Positions 15,819 to 25,158 of a DNA stretch of 56,813 bases are shown here, piece after piece (positions within the stretch are counted from its first letter, which is position 1; every line of letters begins with the position of its first letter). Below the pieces are notes generated by a model. It was not told where the DNA came from and did no database searches. It saw only the letters and a program-made list of their open reading frames with translations. The stretch is taken from NCBI GenBank assembly GCA_964476505.1, contig CAYZAW010000001.1:1-56813 (forward strand), written 5' to 3'. This DNA is from an uncultured Oscillospiraceae bacterium (lineage in GTDB: Bacteria > Bacillota > Clostridia > Christensenellales > CAG-138). The translations under genes and the position numbers were made by a program.

Positions 15819-18541
15819 CCGAGGAAGAGGTACGCGCGCAATGCAGCGATGATGCGTATAAGTGCTTCGTAAAAGAGGATGTAGCGGCTTCTGTTATGCA
15901 GGCCAGGCATGCGCGCGCCAACGAACAGCAGTATTCCGTAAGGTGCCGTATGCGTAAAAAGAACGGCGAGTACGTTTGGGTAATGGCTTTTGGCAGGTTC
16001 ATCAATCACGTGGAGGACGGCAATGCCTATCTGAACGTGTATTTCACGGACATTAGCGAACAGAAAACGGCGGAGGAGCTGCAAACAAGCCTGATGGATC
16101 ACCTTACCTGCAGCCTTGCGCTGTATGAATTTGACGGAACGGGCATTTCGGTAAAGCATTACAATAAAAACTATTGGAAGCTGCTGGGGCATGAGCCCAA
16201 GGACGGGAACAAGATCAATATCATGGATTTGGTGCATCCGGAGGATAAGCCTGTGCTGGTGCAGGAAATCGTCTCCAGTATCCGGCAAAACCGGGATTGC
16301 GCCTGCGATCTTCGCGCGGTCGACGGCAAAGGCGTATATGCGCCCTTCCACGTTACGGCAACGGTTGAACGGGAAAAGAACGGGAAGTACCTCTTGTACG
16401 CCATGCACACGCCCCTTTCCGAAAAGGCCATGTCCGTGCAGGAAATGTTCCCCATTGCACTGTCTGCCATGATGGCCACCTCCGATGATATTTCTTTTGT
16501 GAAGGATCAGGAGGGCAGGTATATCGCTTGCAGCAAAACGGCGGCTGTGGCCTTTGGCCTTACCAACGAACAAGACGTGATCGGAAAAACAAGCGTTGAG
16601 GTGTTTGGAGAAAGTGCCGTCGCGCAGTTTATGGAGGAGGATCATTCCATTTGGGAAACCGGCAAGCCTATTCTGGACAGGCTGGTCAAGCTGCCAACCA
16701 AAGACGGCGCAACCGGTGTGTTCTGTACGTCAAAGTATCCGCTGCTTGATAGAGGCGGAAAAGTGGTTGGTATCTACAGCATATGCCGTGACGTAACCAA
16801 GGAAAAGGCCATGGAATTTGAGCTGAACACGCTGCTACGCGTTATTCCAAGCGGCGTGCTGAAATACGCGGCAGACGAAACCGGTACGTTTGCCTATATC
16901 AACCGCAGCTTCATGGAATCCTTGGGCTATACCGAGGAACAGTTCCGCAATAAATTCCATAACCGCTTTCTAGAAATGGTTTGGCAAGAGGATCGGGCAA
17001 AAGCGCAGGCCGAAATACTAAAGCAGGAGGACGGCGGCGCAGCCGGATGCTTGGAATACCGCGTGGAGGCGGCTAACGGACAGCTGCACTGGTTCCATGA
17101 CGAGGGCGTAAAAGTAACGGACGAAACCGGCAAGGCATGGCATTTTGTTACGCTGGTGGATATCACCGCGCAGAAAAAGAGCGAGGAAAGCCTGCGCCTT
17201 GCCGAGGAGGAATACCGCCTTGCCACAAGGCACAGCGGGCATACCATTGGACGGTACGACATCAAGGCGCGTACCCTTACCATCACGGAGGACGCCGCAA
17301 CAAGGCTTGCGCTTCCGGAATGCATTCCGGATGTGCCGTACGGCAGAGTAAGGCTTGGCAGGGTGTCCGAGGATACCGCCGCTGCCTATATTGCCTTTTA
17401 TGAAAGCATTATGCAGGGCAAAGCGGAGGGCACCGTTACCTTCCGCAAGCTGCTGTCCAACGGCTGGCGCTGGATCACGGAGCATGCCACCACCATATTC
17501 AACGAGGAGGGGCAGCCGGTTTCCGCCATCATATCTTATACGGATGTAACAGAGCAGCAGGAAAAGGAGCTGGCCTATAAAAAGTGGCAGCAGTCGATCG
17601 AGGAGCGAGATCCAAAGACCTATACGCTGTTTAGAAGCAACCTTAACCATACTACGGTGTTTGACGTATGGGAAGGCTCGCTGATACCCGTAAAGTTTGA
17701 CGATACCGTAAAAACCTTTAACGACAGAACTGCCGCGTTCATCAAGCAATGCGTGTATGAGGGCGACCGGGAGCGGTATGCGGCCTTTGTGAATTCGGAC
17801 ACCATGCTGGCGGAGTATCACCGGGGGCATCGCACAGACTCCTTGGAATTCCGGCAGAAGCTGGAAAACGGCGGTATCCGCTGGCTGCGGCTGACGGTGG
17901 ATCTTGTGGAGTCTCCGCATTCTACGGATGTGGAGGTATACCTGCTGTATGAAAACATCGATGAACAAAAGAGAGCCGAGCTGGAAACCCGGCACATGGC
18001 GGAAACAGACCCGCTGACGGGGCTTCTTAACAGAAAAGCGTTTTTTGAGATCGCGGACATGGTCATTCAAAATTCCATTCCGGGTTCCATGCACGCCTTC
18101 TTCATGCTGGATATCGACGGCTTTAAAGACATCAACGATACCTTTGGGCACGCCAAGGGGGATGAGGCGCTCACGGAAACCGCCCGCAAGCTGCAGGCGC
18201 TGCTGCGCAAGGACGATTTGATCGGTCGGCTGGGTGGAGACGAATTCGTGATGCTGTTAAGGAACATCCCGCATGATATGGATCTTGCAAAAAAGGCGGA
18301 GCTGATCGGTCAGAAGCTGCAAAAGCCCTTCGGCGCAGAAATGAAGCTGACTGTGAGCCTTGGCATTTGCGTTTGCCCCAACGACGGAGAGGAAAGCCAT
18401 GCCCTCTATGAAAAAGCGGATACCGCGCTGTATGCCGCAAAGGAAAGCGGGCGAAACACATTTAGGATTTACACCTCGGATATGCCGAAAAAGGGCGCGG
18501 GTGCGGACAACCATGCGATGATGGCGGGAAAAACGGAATAG
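15806..18541 (+). CDS. Multi-PAS diguanylate cyclase (GGDEF), apparently lacking its original N-terminus
   Basis: The ORF opens mid-PAS (MLDMTEEEVRAQ...). Several PAS/PAC-like blocks follow. DPLTGLLNRKAF, GGDEF at 18233-18247, and I-site RKDD at 18206-18217 five residues upstream. The start overlaps the permease remnant. Confidence 0.8.
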   Translation: MLDMTEEEVRAQCSDDAYKCFVKEDVAASVMQARHARANEQQYSVRCRMRKKNGEYVWVMAFGRFINHVEDGNAYLNVYFTDISEQKTAEELQTSLMDHLTCSLALYEFDGTGISVKHYNKNYWKLLGHEPKDGNKINIMDLVHPEDKPVLVQEIVSSIRQNRDCACDLRAVDGKGVYAPFHVTATVEREKNGKYLLYAMHTPLSEKAMSVQEMFPIALSAMMATSDDISFVKDQEGRYIACSKTAAVAFGLTNEQDVIGKTSVEVFGESAVAQFMEEDHSIWETGKPILDRLVKLPTKDGATGVFCTSKYPLLDRGGKVVGIYSICRDVTKEKAMEFELNTLLRVIPSGVLKYAADETGTFAYINRSFMESLGYTEEQFRNKFHNRFLEMVWQEDRAKAQAEILKQEDGGAAGCLEYRVEAANGQLHWFHDEGVKVTDETGKAWHFVTLVDITAQKKSEESLRLAEEEYRLATRHSGHTIGRYDIKARTLTITEDAATRLALPECIPDVPYGRVRLGRVSEDTAAAYIAFYESIMQGKAEGTVTFRKLLSNGWRWITEHATTIFNEEGQPVSAIISYTDVTEQQEKELAYKKWQQSIEERDPKTYTLFRSNLNHTTVFDVWEGSLIPVKFDDTVKTFNDRTAAFIKQCVYEGDRERYAAFVNSDTMLAEYHRGHRTDSLEFRQKLENGGIRWLRLTVDLVESPHSTDVEVYLLYENIDEQKRAELETRHMAETDPLTGLLNRKAFFEIADMVIQNSIPGSMHAFFMLDIDGFKDINDTFGHAKGDEALTETARKLQALLRKDDLIGRLGGDEFVMLLRNIPHDMDLAKKAELIGQKLQKPFGAEMKLTVSLGICVCPNDGEESHALYEKADTALYAAKESGRNTFRIYTSDMPKKGAGADNHAMMAGKTE

Positions 18542-18626
18542 ACGAACCGCGTTTTTGGCAAAGGACGGCCTTTGGCAGAGGGTAAACAGCTAAAAGAACA
18601 GGCGGGTTGTTACGAGGGGAACGGGT

Positions 18627-19457
18627 ATGGAGAAGGAACTGATAGACCGCAGTATCGACTATATACTGGCGCATTTTCACGAGGGCGTAACGGTTGGGGA
18701 CGTAGCGAAGCATTTCCACTTTTCGGAGGCGTATTTTAACCGTAGCTTCAAAATGGCTACAGGAAAAAGCGTGTATGAATTTATCCTGCGCCTCAAAATG
18801 GATCAAAGCGCCGTGGATATCAAGCTGCAAAAAAACAAGCCCATTACGCAGGTGGGGCTGGATTACGGATACAGCGCCACCAATTACAGCACCGCCTTTA
18901 AAAAGCACCACCGCCTGTCTCCGGCGGAATTTCGCCAGTCCACCAACGTCAGTGGGATGGAAAGCCCCTTTTATCCGCAAGGGCGGCGCGGGTTCGACAG
19001 CTTTTCGCGGTATGACAGCATGATTTTCCTGCGGGAGCTGGGGGATATGACCGTGGCGTATGAACGGGTGGTGGGAAATTACATCCACCTGAAGCAAAAA
19101 TGGCCGGCGTTTATTGCAGAAAACCGCCGCTATTGCCGACCCGACACGCTGTATATCGAACGCTTTTACGACGACCCTGCCGTGACAGACCCAAACGGCT
19201 GTATTTATGATATCTGCATGACGGTTAAGGCCGGGGATGCGCCTGCAAACACCGCCGTGATTCCGGGCGGTAAATATGCGGTCTATCATTATCAGGGGAA
19301 AATCGAGGATATTTTCTGTTCCGTACAGGGCGTTTTTTGTGTTTGGCTGCCGCAAAGCGGCTGTGTGATGGATCAGCGCTACGGCTTGAACATCTACCGC
19401 AGCATGGATGATACAAGCCCTACGGTCAGCTTTGATCTGTGCATTCCCATTCAATAG
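18627..19457 (+). CDS. AraC-family regulator with a GyrI-like effector-binding domain
   Basis: N-terminal double HTH (VGDVAKHFHFSEAYFNRSFK...YSATNYSTAFKKHHRLSPAEFR) and a C-terminal GyrI-like domain of about 150 aa. Confidence 0.85.
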   Translation: MEKELIDRSIDYILAHFHEGVTVGDVAKHFHFSEAYFNRSFKMATGKSVYEFILRLKMDQSAVDIKLQKNKPITQVGLDYGYSATNYSTAFKKHHRLSPAEFRQSTNVSGMESPFYPQGRRGFDSFSRYDSMIFLRELGDMTVAYERVVGNYIHLKQKWPAFIAENRRYCRPDTLYIERFYDDPAVTDPNGCIYDICMTVKAGDAPANTAVIPGGKYAVYHYQGKIEDIFCSVQGVFCVWLPQSGCVMDQRYGLNIYRSMDDTSPTVSFDLCIPIQ

Positions 19458-19551
19458 GGCAGGAATTCAGAAGCCGCGATAAAGGGTTTTTGCTATGATG
19501 GCGTTAACCGAACGGAAACGGCAAAAAACTGTTTGAAAGGGTGAAACACAT

Positions 19552-20100
19552 ATGTTTAACGTAAGAAAGCTGCAGGAACAGGCAATATTTGAGGCTGTGA
19601 AGCAGGCAAGCGACGAAAAGACCGCGAGCACGGTCGTGTTTGGAGAGAAGGAAGAGGCCAAGGGCGAGGCGGACCTTGCGTGGGTACAATCCACCATGTG
19701 CAGGCTGGAGCAAGCCTTTGACCAAGAATCCGTAAAGCAAATCCGTATGCAGTGCCAGTGCGGTTACGGCATGGAGGAAAAGCTGGCGCTGCTGCAGGAG
19801 CTAAATGGCGCGGCTTCTTCCATGGAGGAGCTGGCAAGGTCTGAAAAAGCCCGGGCGGCCGGGCTGTCTTATCAAAACGGTGCGCTGCACCTGCAATTCA
19901 ATTTTTGTCCCTGCCCCATGCTGCAGGAGGTGCAGCATTTACCTACCATGGCGTGGTGCCATTGCAGCGCCGGGTACAGCAAGGTGCTGTTTGAAAAAGC
20001 CTTTGGCTGCGCTGTGGACGTTACCATGCTAAAAAGCATCAAATGCGGGGATGATGTTTGCCTGATGAAGATCGTTCCCCGGGAAAACATCTGGGAATAA
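19552..20100 (+). CDS. Cys-rich hypothetical protein
   Basis: 182 aa with clustered cysteines CQCGYG, CPCP, CHCSAGY and CGDDVC. RBS GAAAGGG. Extended -10 TGCTATGAT at 19490-19498. Confidence 0.6.
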   Translation: MFNVRKLQEQAIFEAVKQASDEKTASTVVFGEKEEAKGEADLAWVQSTMCRLEQAFDQESVKQIRMQCQCGYGMEEKLALLQELNGAASSMEELARSEKARAAGLSYQNGALHLQFNFCPCPMLQEVQHLPTMAWCHCSAGYSKVLFEKAFGCAVDVTMLKSIKCGDDVCLMKIVPRENIWE

Positions 20101-20131
20101 CAAAAAGGATGCAATACTGCCGCCGTGCGGG

Positions 20132-22387
20132 CTACTGCGCGGCGGTTTGCTGTATCATGGAGGTGATCTCCTCATTCAGGCGCTTTAGCGCGTCCTGCAC
20201 GGTATACTGGTTTTGCAGGATGGCTGTGATGTACTGGTAAATAACGCTTTCCACGCGGGTGATGGGCAGGAATACCCCGTCCTCCCGCAGCAGCGATTTT
20301 CTTTGCCGGTTGGTATCGTAGGAATGATACACAAGCGGCAGCCACGGGTAATGGTTGGCAAGCTCGTCGTTGATGTAGGCGGTTTCCAAGGGGGACTGAC
20401 CGTCGATGATGGCAAAAAAGCTGCTCATGGAAGGATCGCACGTCCATTGGATAAAGGAGAACGCCTCGGCCTTGCGGTGGCAGCCGTGCGGAATGCCAAG
20501 GCCCCAGCTGCCAAGCACCGAATACCCGCTGGGGATATTGGCGTAGCCTATTTTGCCGATCACCTTGGATTTGCTTTCGTTGTTAACGTCCGCTACGAAG
20601 GACGCAAAGCCGATGAGCATGGCGATATTGCCGGTGTAAAAGTCGGACACGGTCTGCTCAACGGTGTAATGGCGCGCATTGGGGTTGGCATAGGAAAAGG
20701 TTTCAATGAAATTGGCAACGCCCTTGGTAAACGACGAGGAATCCGTGGCGGCGGTGCCCTTTTCGTTGAACACCTGCCCGCCGTATGCCCAAACGCGGGG
20801 CATCAGCTCGGGCAGCAGCACAAATTCGTTCCCTGCGGCAATGGCGGTGCCGTACTGCACGGGGGAGTTGGGGTTGAGAGACTGCGTAAAAAAGCTGCTG
20901 ATCACGTTGAACTCAAACCATGTGCGCGGCACGCGCAGCTTGGAATGGTACTTCTTTTCAAACTGCTCTTGCAGCTGCTTGTTTTCGAACAGATCCTTCC
21001 GGTACAGCAGCAGCTGCGGGCCAAACAGGAACGGCACGCCGTAATACCGCTCTCCCGCCATGCCCACCTTCTGCGGCAAGCCTGGCAAAAACGCCTGCAA
21101 GGGGAACTCCGGCGCTTCCACCAGCTCCGTAACGTCCTTTAGGAGGCCGTCTCGCACCAGAAGCTCTAGCCACGGGTTGTCGTACATCACAACGTCAAAG
21201 GCGGAAAGCTCCTCGCTTTTGTTCAGAAGAATATCCATCAGCGCGCTGTGCTCGCACAGCTCTATTTCTGTTTCCAAGCCGGTCTTTCTTGTAAAATCTG
21301 GCTTGGCCTGCAGCACGGCATGCGCGTTGGGAGAATCCAGAAGCAGTATTTTCAGCGGCTTCTTTTTTTTGTTTAAGGAAATAGACGGGCTGGGCTCCTG
21401 AAACAGAGGCTCGCCAATGATCTTATCCCGTAAAAGCAGCTGCTGCTTTTCAAACATCAAGGGGCTTCGCATGTTTTCAATAAGCAGGTGCGCCGCCTTT
21501 TTACCCATCCAGTGCGCCGGGCGCATGGTGTATAAAATGCCGTTACTTACCACGGAGCAGTTCCAGTTTTCCTGCCCGAAGGAGATCATGCGAATGTCGC
21601 TGCTGGTGGAAATGCAAAGAAGCGCCAACGCCTGCTCCAGCCCGTTTGTGATGTTGCGGGAGGTGGAGATCACAGCCTGCGGGCGGTGATCCTTAAAGTA
21701 CTCCATCCCCACGCGGAAGGCCTCCTCCTTGGTGGGGCGCAGATGATGCACGGCGTTCGTGAGAGGCGTGAGCCCCCGCTCCTTGTAGAAGTTATAAAAC
21801 GCGCTGGCGCTTTCCGCCTCGCAGGTGAATTGCTCCGGCCCGGCAAACAACGCAACGCTTTGCCCGTACCCCTGCTGCTCTAATTGGGAGAGCAGATAGC
21901 TGGTGGTCTCGTATGTGTCAAAGGCAACAAAATTACAGTCGTCCTGCGTCAATCGCCTGTCGATGAATACGGTAGGCGTGTGCTGCAGCGCTTCGTAGCA
22001 GTGATAATCCTTTTGGCAGGAGATCACGATAAGCCCGCACACGTCTTTACGCATGAATGCGTCGAGTATGGCGTTTTCCTCCTCCGCAACATCGCCGGAA
22101 AACGCAAGGTTCATGTAATACCCGGCCTGCCGCAGCTCCCGCTCCAGCCCCGCCGCAATAAAGGCGTAATACTGATCGTACGCGTTCGGTAATATAACGC
22201 CAACCTCGCAGTTGTTGCTTGCACGCAGGTTTTTGGCATAGGAATTGGGCCGGTAGCTCAGTTCGTCGATCGCGTTCTGGATGGCCTTGCCTGCCTCCTC
22301 CGATACGCTTCGCGCCCCGGTCATGTAATTGGATACGGTGCCCACGGAAACGCCCGCAAGCGCTGCAACGTCTTTAATCGTACTCAT
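20132..22387 (-). CDS. LacI-family regulator fused to a signal-less family-1 (MalE-like) solute-binding domain
   Basis: Residues 1-58 form the LacI HTH (IKDVAALAGVSVGTVSNYM...YRPNSYAKNLR). Residues about 60-335 form the LacI-type PBP1 core. After a KKKK linker, about 400 aa are SBP_bac_1-like (PRTWFEF, WGLGIP). No signal peptide or TM segment. Confidence 0.85.
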   Translation of the reverse strand: MSTIKDVAALAGVSVGTVSNYMTGARSVSEEAGKAIQNAIDELSYRPNSYAKNLRASNNCEVGVILPNAYDQYYAFIAAGLERELRQAGYYMNLAFSGDVAEEENAILDAFMRKDVCGLIVISCQKDYHCYEALQHTPTVFIDRRLTQDDCNFVAFDTYETTSYLLSQLEQQGYGQSVALFAGPEQFTCEAESASAFYNFYKERGLTPLTNAVHHLRPTKEEAFRVGMEYFKDHRPQAVISTSRNITNGLEQALALLCISTSSDIRMISFGQENWNCSVVSNGILYTMRPAHWMGKKAAHLLIENMRSPLMFEKQQLLLRDKIIGEPLFQEPSPSISLNKKKKPLKILLLDSPNAHAVLQAKPDFTRKTGLETEIELCEHSALMDILLNKSEELSAFDVVMYDNPWLELLVRDGLLKDVTELVEAPEFPLQAFLPGLPQKVGMAGERYYGVPFLFGPQLLLYRKDLFENKQLQEQFEKKYHSKLRVPRTWFEFNVISSFFTQSLNPNSPVQYGTAIAAGNEFVLLPELMPRVWAYGGQVFNEKGTAATDSSSFTKGVANFIETFSYANPNARHYTVEQTVSDFYTGNIAMLIGFASFVADVNNESKSKVIGKIGYANIPSGYSVLGSWGLGIPHGCHRKAEAFSFIQWTCDPSMSSFFAIIDGQSPLETAYINDELANHYPWLPLVYHSYDTNRQRKSLLREDGVFLPITRVESVIYQYITAILQNQYTVQDALKRLNEEITSMIQQTAAQ

Positions 22388-22427
22388 AGCCCGTCCTCAC
22401 AGACATCAATCTGCCTCTATTATAGCG

Positions 22428-22445
22428 GCTGTTTTGTAAAACAGC
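22428..22445. promoter_or_regulatory. Perfect inverted repeat GCTGTTTT-GT-AAAACAGC; candidate operator
   Basis: 8-nt perfect arms, 41 nt upstream of the LacI-fusion start codon, in the divergent control region. Confidence 0.4.
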
Positions 22446-22460
22446 AAATGAATTCTAAAA

Positions 22461-22474
22461 TTGAAACGATTTAA
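22461..22474. promoter_or_regulatory. LacI-type operator-like imperfect palindrome TTGAAACGATTTAA (central CG)
   Basis: 5/7 symmetric half-sites around a central CG, about 20 nt upstream of the TTGACA box at 22495. Confidence 0.35.
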
Positions 22475-22494
22475 TAAATATTTTACACAATTCG

Positions 22495-22523
22495 TTGACA
22501 ATCCAAACCGGGTTTTGTATTTT
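22495..22523 (+). promoter_or_regulatory. Candidate promoter of the CUT2 ABC operon (TTGACA-17-TATTTT)
   Basis: Consensus -35 box, weak -10 box, about 100 nt upstream of ATG 22631. Confidence 0.35.
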
Positions 22524-22630
22524 GATGTTATGGCACACAGCACATTCTTGTGATATTCATTTTCGCGGCGTCAGGTCGCTTTTCTTCAAAAGTATGCAAG
22601 CAGGAAGCATGAAAGGATTGAGGTGAGAAC

Positions 22631-24124
22631 ATGGCGGAAACATTGCTGGAAATGAAAAATATCCAGAAATACTTTCCGGGCGTTCACGCGTTGGACAATG
22701 CCTGCCTAGACGTTAAGGCGGGCGAGGTGCACGCGCTGGTAGGGGAAAACGGCGCGGGAAAGTCCACCCTGATGAAGGTGCTAAACGGCATCTACTCCAA
22801 GGATGGCGGCGAGATCGTTTACAAGGGCGAAACGATCGAGCTGCACGGGCCGTTGGACGCACAGCGCAGGGGCATCGGCATGATCCATCAGGAATTGAAC
22901 CTAATGCCGCATTTGTCTGTGGCGGAAAACATCTTCATAGGCAAGGAGCCCATGAAGGCGGGCGTTTTGCTGGACAAGAAAAAGGCCAATCAACTGGCAA
23001 AAGAGCTGCTGTCTTCCATGCATTTGGATGTGAACCCCACCACCATGGTCAACAAGCTGACGGTTGCCAAGCAGCAGATGATCGAGATCGCCAAGGCGCT
23101 CAACAACAACAGCGAGCTGCTGGTAATGGATGAGCCCACCTCTCCTTTAACGGAGACCGAGATCGAGGAGCTGTTCCGCTTTATCCGCCAGCTGAAAGAG
23201 GCGGGGCACGGCATTATTTATATCTCTCACAGGCTGGATGAGCTTTGGCGTATTTCGGATCGCATTACCGTTATGCGCGACGGCCAGTATGTGGGCACCG
23301 TTAACACCAACGAGGTCACGAAGCCCGAGATCATTTCCATGATGGTTGGCCGCGTGATCTACGAGGAGCCTAAGCAGAAAAGCACGGTTCCGCCGGACGC
23401 GCCGGTGGTGCTGGAGGCGAAGGGGCTTATCGCAAACAACGTGCGCGACGTATCCTTCCAGCTGAAAAAAGGCGAGATACTGGGCTTTGCCGGGCTGGTG
23501 GGCGCTGGCAGAACGGAAACCATGCGGGCGCTATTTGGCGCAGACCCGCGGGCTGCCGGCGAGATTTTCTTAAACGGCAAAAAGGTGGAGATCCATTCGC
23601 CCAGCGACGCGGTCAATCACGGCATCGGCTATCTGTCCGAGGACAGAAAGACCTTCGGCGTTGCAACGGGGCTTTCCGTGCGGGACAACTGCGTGATGGC
23701 GGACATCCCCAATTTCCGCAAAGGCCTGTTCATGGACGATAAAAAGATCGACGAAACCACGCAGGAGTACATCGACAAAATCTCCATCAAGACCCCCAGC
23801 CTGCGGCAGCTGCTCAGGAACCTTTCCGGCGGCAACCAGCAGAAGATCGTTATCGCAAAATGGCTCATCAAGCACTGCGATGTTTTGATATTCGACGAGC
23901 CAACCCGCGGCATCGATGTGGGCGCGAAAAGCGAGATATACAAGCTGATGAACCAGCTGGTGGCGGAGGGCAAATCCATCATAATGATCTCCTCCGAAAT
24001 GCCGGAGCTGCTGCGCATGTCTGACCGCATCTTGGTTATGAGCGAGGGTGCGCTTACCGGCGAGATAGACATTGCGGAGGCTTCTCAAACAAGGATCATG
24101 ACATACGCAACAATGAATATGTGA
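22631..24124 (+). CDS. CUT2 sugar ABC transporter ATP-binding protein (two NBDs, RbsA/MglA-like)
   Basis: GENGAGKST plus LVMDEP, then GLVGAGRTE plus LIFDEP. LSGGNQQK signature. Confidence 0.9.
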   Translation: MAETLLEMKNIQKYFPGVHALDNACLDVKAGEVHALVGENGAGKSTLMKVLNGIYSKDGGEIVYKGETIELHGPLDAQRRGIGMIHQELNLMPHLSVAENIFIGKEPMKAGVLLDKKKANQLAKELLSSMHLDVNPTTMVNKLTVAKQQMIEIAKALNNNSELLVMDEPTSPLTETEIEELFRFIRQLKEAGHGIIYISHRLDELWRISDRITVMRDGQYVGTVNTNEVTKPEIISMMVGRVIYEEPKQKSTVPPDAPVVLEAKGLIANNVRDVSFQLKKGEILGFAGLVGAGRTETMRALFGADPRAAGEIFLNGKKVEIHSPSDAVNHGIGYLSEDRKTFGVATGLSVRDNCVMADIPNFRKGLFMDDKKIDETTQEYIDKISIKTPSLRQLLRNLSGGNQQKIVIAKWLIKHCDVLIFDEPTRGIDVGAKSEIYKLMNQLVAEGKSIIMISSEMPELLRMSDRILVMSEGALTGEIDIAEASQTRIMTYATMNM

Positions 24125-24140
24125 GGGTGAGGAAACGATC

Positions 24141-25109
24141 ATGAACGCGAAAAAATTTGATTTAACAAAATTTCTTGCTCCGATGGTATTGGTACTGCTG
24201 TACATCTTCTTTTCCATCTTCGGCAACAACTTTTTCTCCACGGACTATCTGATCAACATTTTAGACGGTTCGTACTACATCGGCTTTATGGCCATCGGCG
24301 TTACCTTCGTTATCATCACCGGCGGTATCGACCTGTCGTTAGGCACTACCATGATGTGCGCGGCGCTTTTGGGCGGCGCGGCATACAACACTTGGCATTG
24401 GCCCATGGGCTGGTGCTTGGTGGTGGTGCTCTTAGTAGCAACGATCATCGGCTTCTTGAACGGTGTGATGGTGTCGTACCTAAAGCTGCCGCCCTTTATT
24501 GCCACGCTTGGCACGCAGATGATGGGCATGGGCTTTGGTGCCATCGTTACCAAGGTGCAGACCATGCGTTACCCCACCTTTGGCACGGCGGACGGCTGGT
24601 TCAAAAACGTGTTTTATAAAACCACAGGCGGCTTCCCGGTAGGCGTGCTGTGGCTGGCGGCCTTCTTCTTTGTGGCCTATCTCATCCTCAACAGAACGCG
24701 CTTTGGGCGCTACACCTTCGCCATCGGCAGCAACGCGGAGTCTGCGCGGCTGTCCGGCATCAAGATCAAGCCTTGGCTTACGGCTGTGTATACCTTCTGC
24801 GGCTTTTGCAGCGGACTTGCCGGTGTGTTCTATGCGGCGGTGTACACGTCCATCATCCCCAGCACCGGCAACGGACAGGAGCTGTTGGGCATTGCGGGCG
24901 TAGTCATTGGCGGTACCTCCATGAGCGGCGGTACCGGAACGCTGGTTGGCACCATCATAGGCGTGTTTGTAATGAGCGTGCTCAAGCAAGGCCTGATGTC
25001 CATGGGCTTGCAAAGCCACTGGCAAACATTCTTTACCGGCCTTGTGGTGATAGGCGCGGTGCTTCTCGATCAATACCGCGTAAAGCAGGGCAACAAGGTG
25101 ATCCACTGA
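24141..25109 (+). CDS. CUT2 sugar ABC permease (RbsC-like)
   Basis: GGIDLSLGT, TRFGRYTFAIGSNAESARLSGI, GGTSMSGGTG. Confidence 0.9.
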   Translation: MNAKKFDLTKFLAPMVLVLLYIFFSIFGNNFFSTDYLINILDGSYYIGFMAIGVTFVIITGGIDLSLGTTMMCAALLGGAAYNTWHWPMGWCLVVVLLVATIIGFLNGVMVSYLKLPPFIATLGTQMMGMGFGAIVTKVQTMRYPTFGTADGWFKNVFYKTTGGFPVGVLWLAAFFFVAYLILNRTRFGRYTFAIGSNAESARLSGIKIKPWLTAVYTFCGFCSGLAGVFYAAVYTSIIPSTGNGQELLGIAGVVIGGTSMSGGTGTLVGTIIGVFVMSVLKQGLMSMGLQSHWQTFFTGLVVIGAVLLDQYRVKQGNKVIH

Positions 25110-25158
25110 TTCCGACGGGAGCGACCCGTTGAGATAAAACAAAATGGAGGAAAGAATC

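Noticed and set aside
15479-19454. Minus-strand ORFs of 388, 377 and 330 aa opposite the GGDEF and AraC genes
   Set aside because: They are antisense shadows with Arg/His/Gly-rich composition and no recognisable domains, and they overlap well-supported plus-strand genes completely. The same reasoning applies to other antisense ORFs longer than 200 aa: 6492-7244, 12296-13051, 20213-21142, 30152-31036, 31797-32837, 33516-34316, 44173-44952 and 52243-53073.
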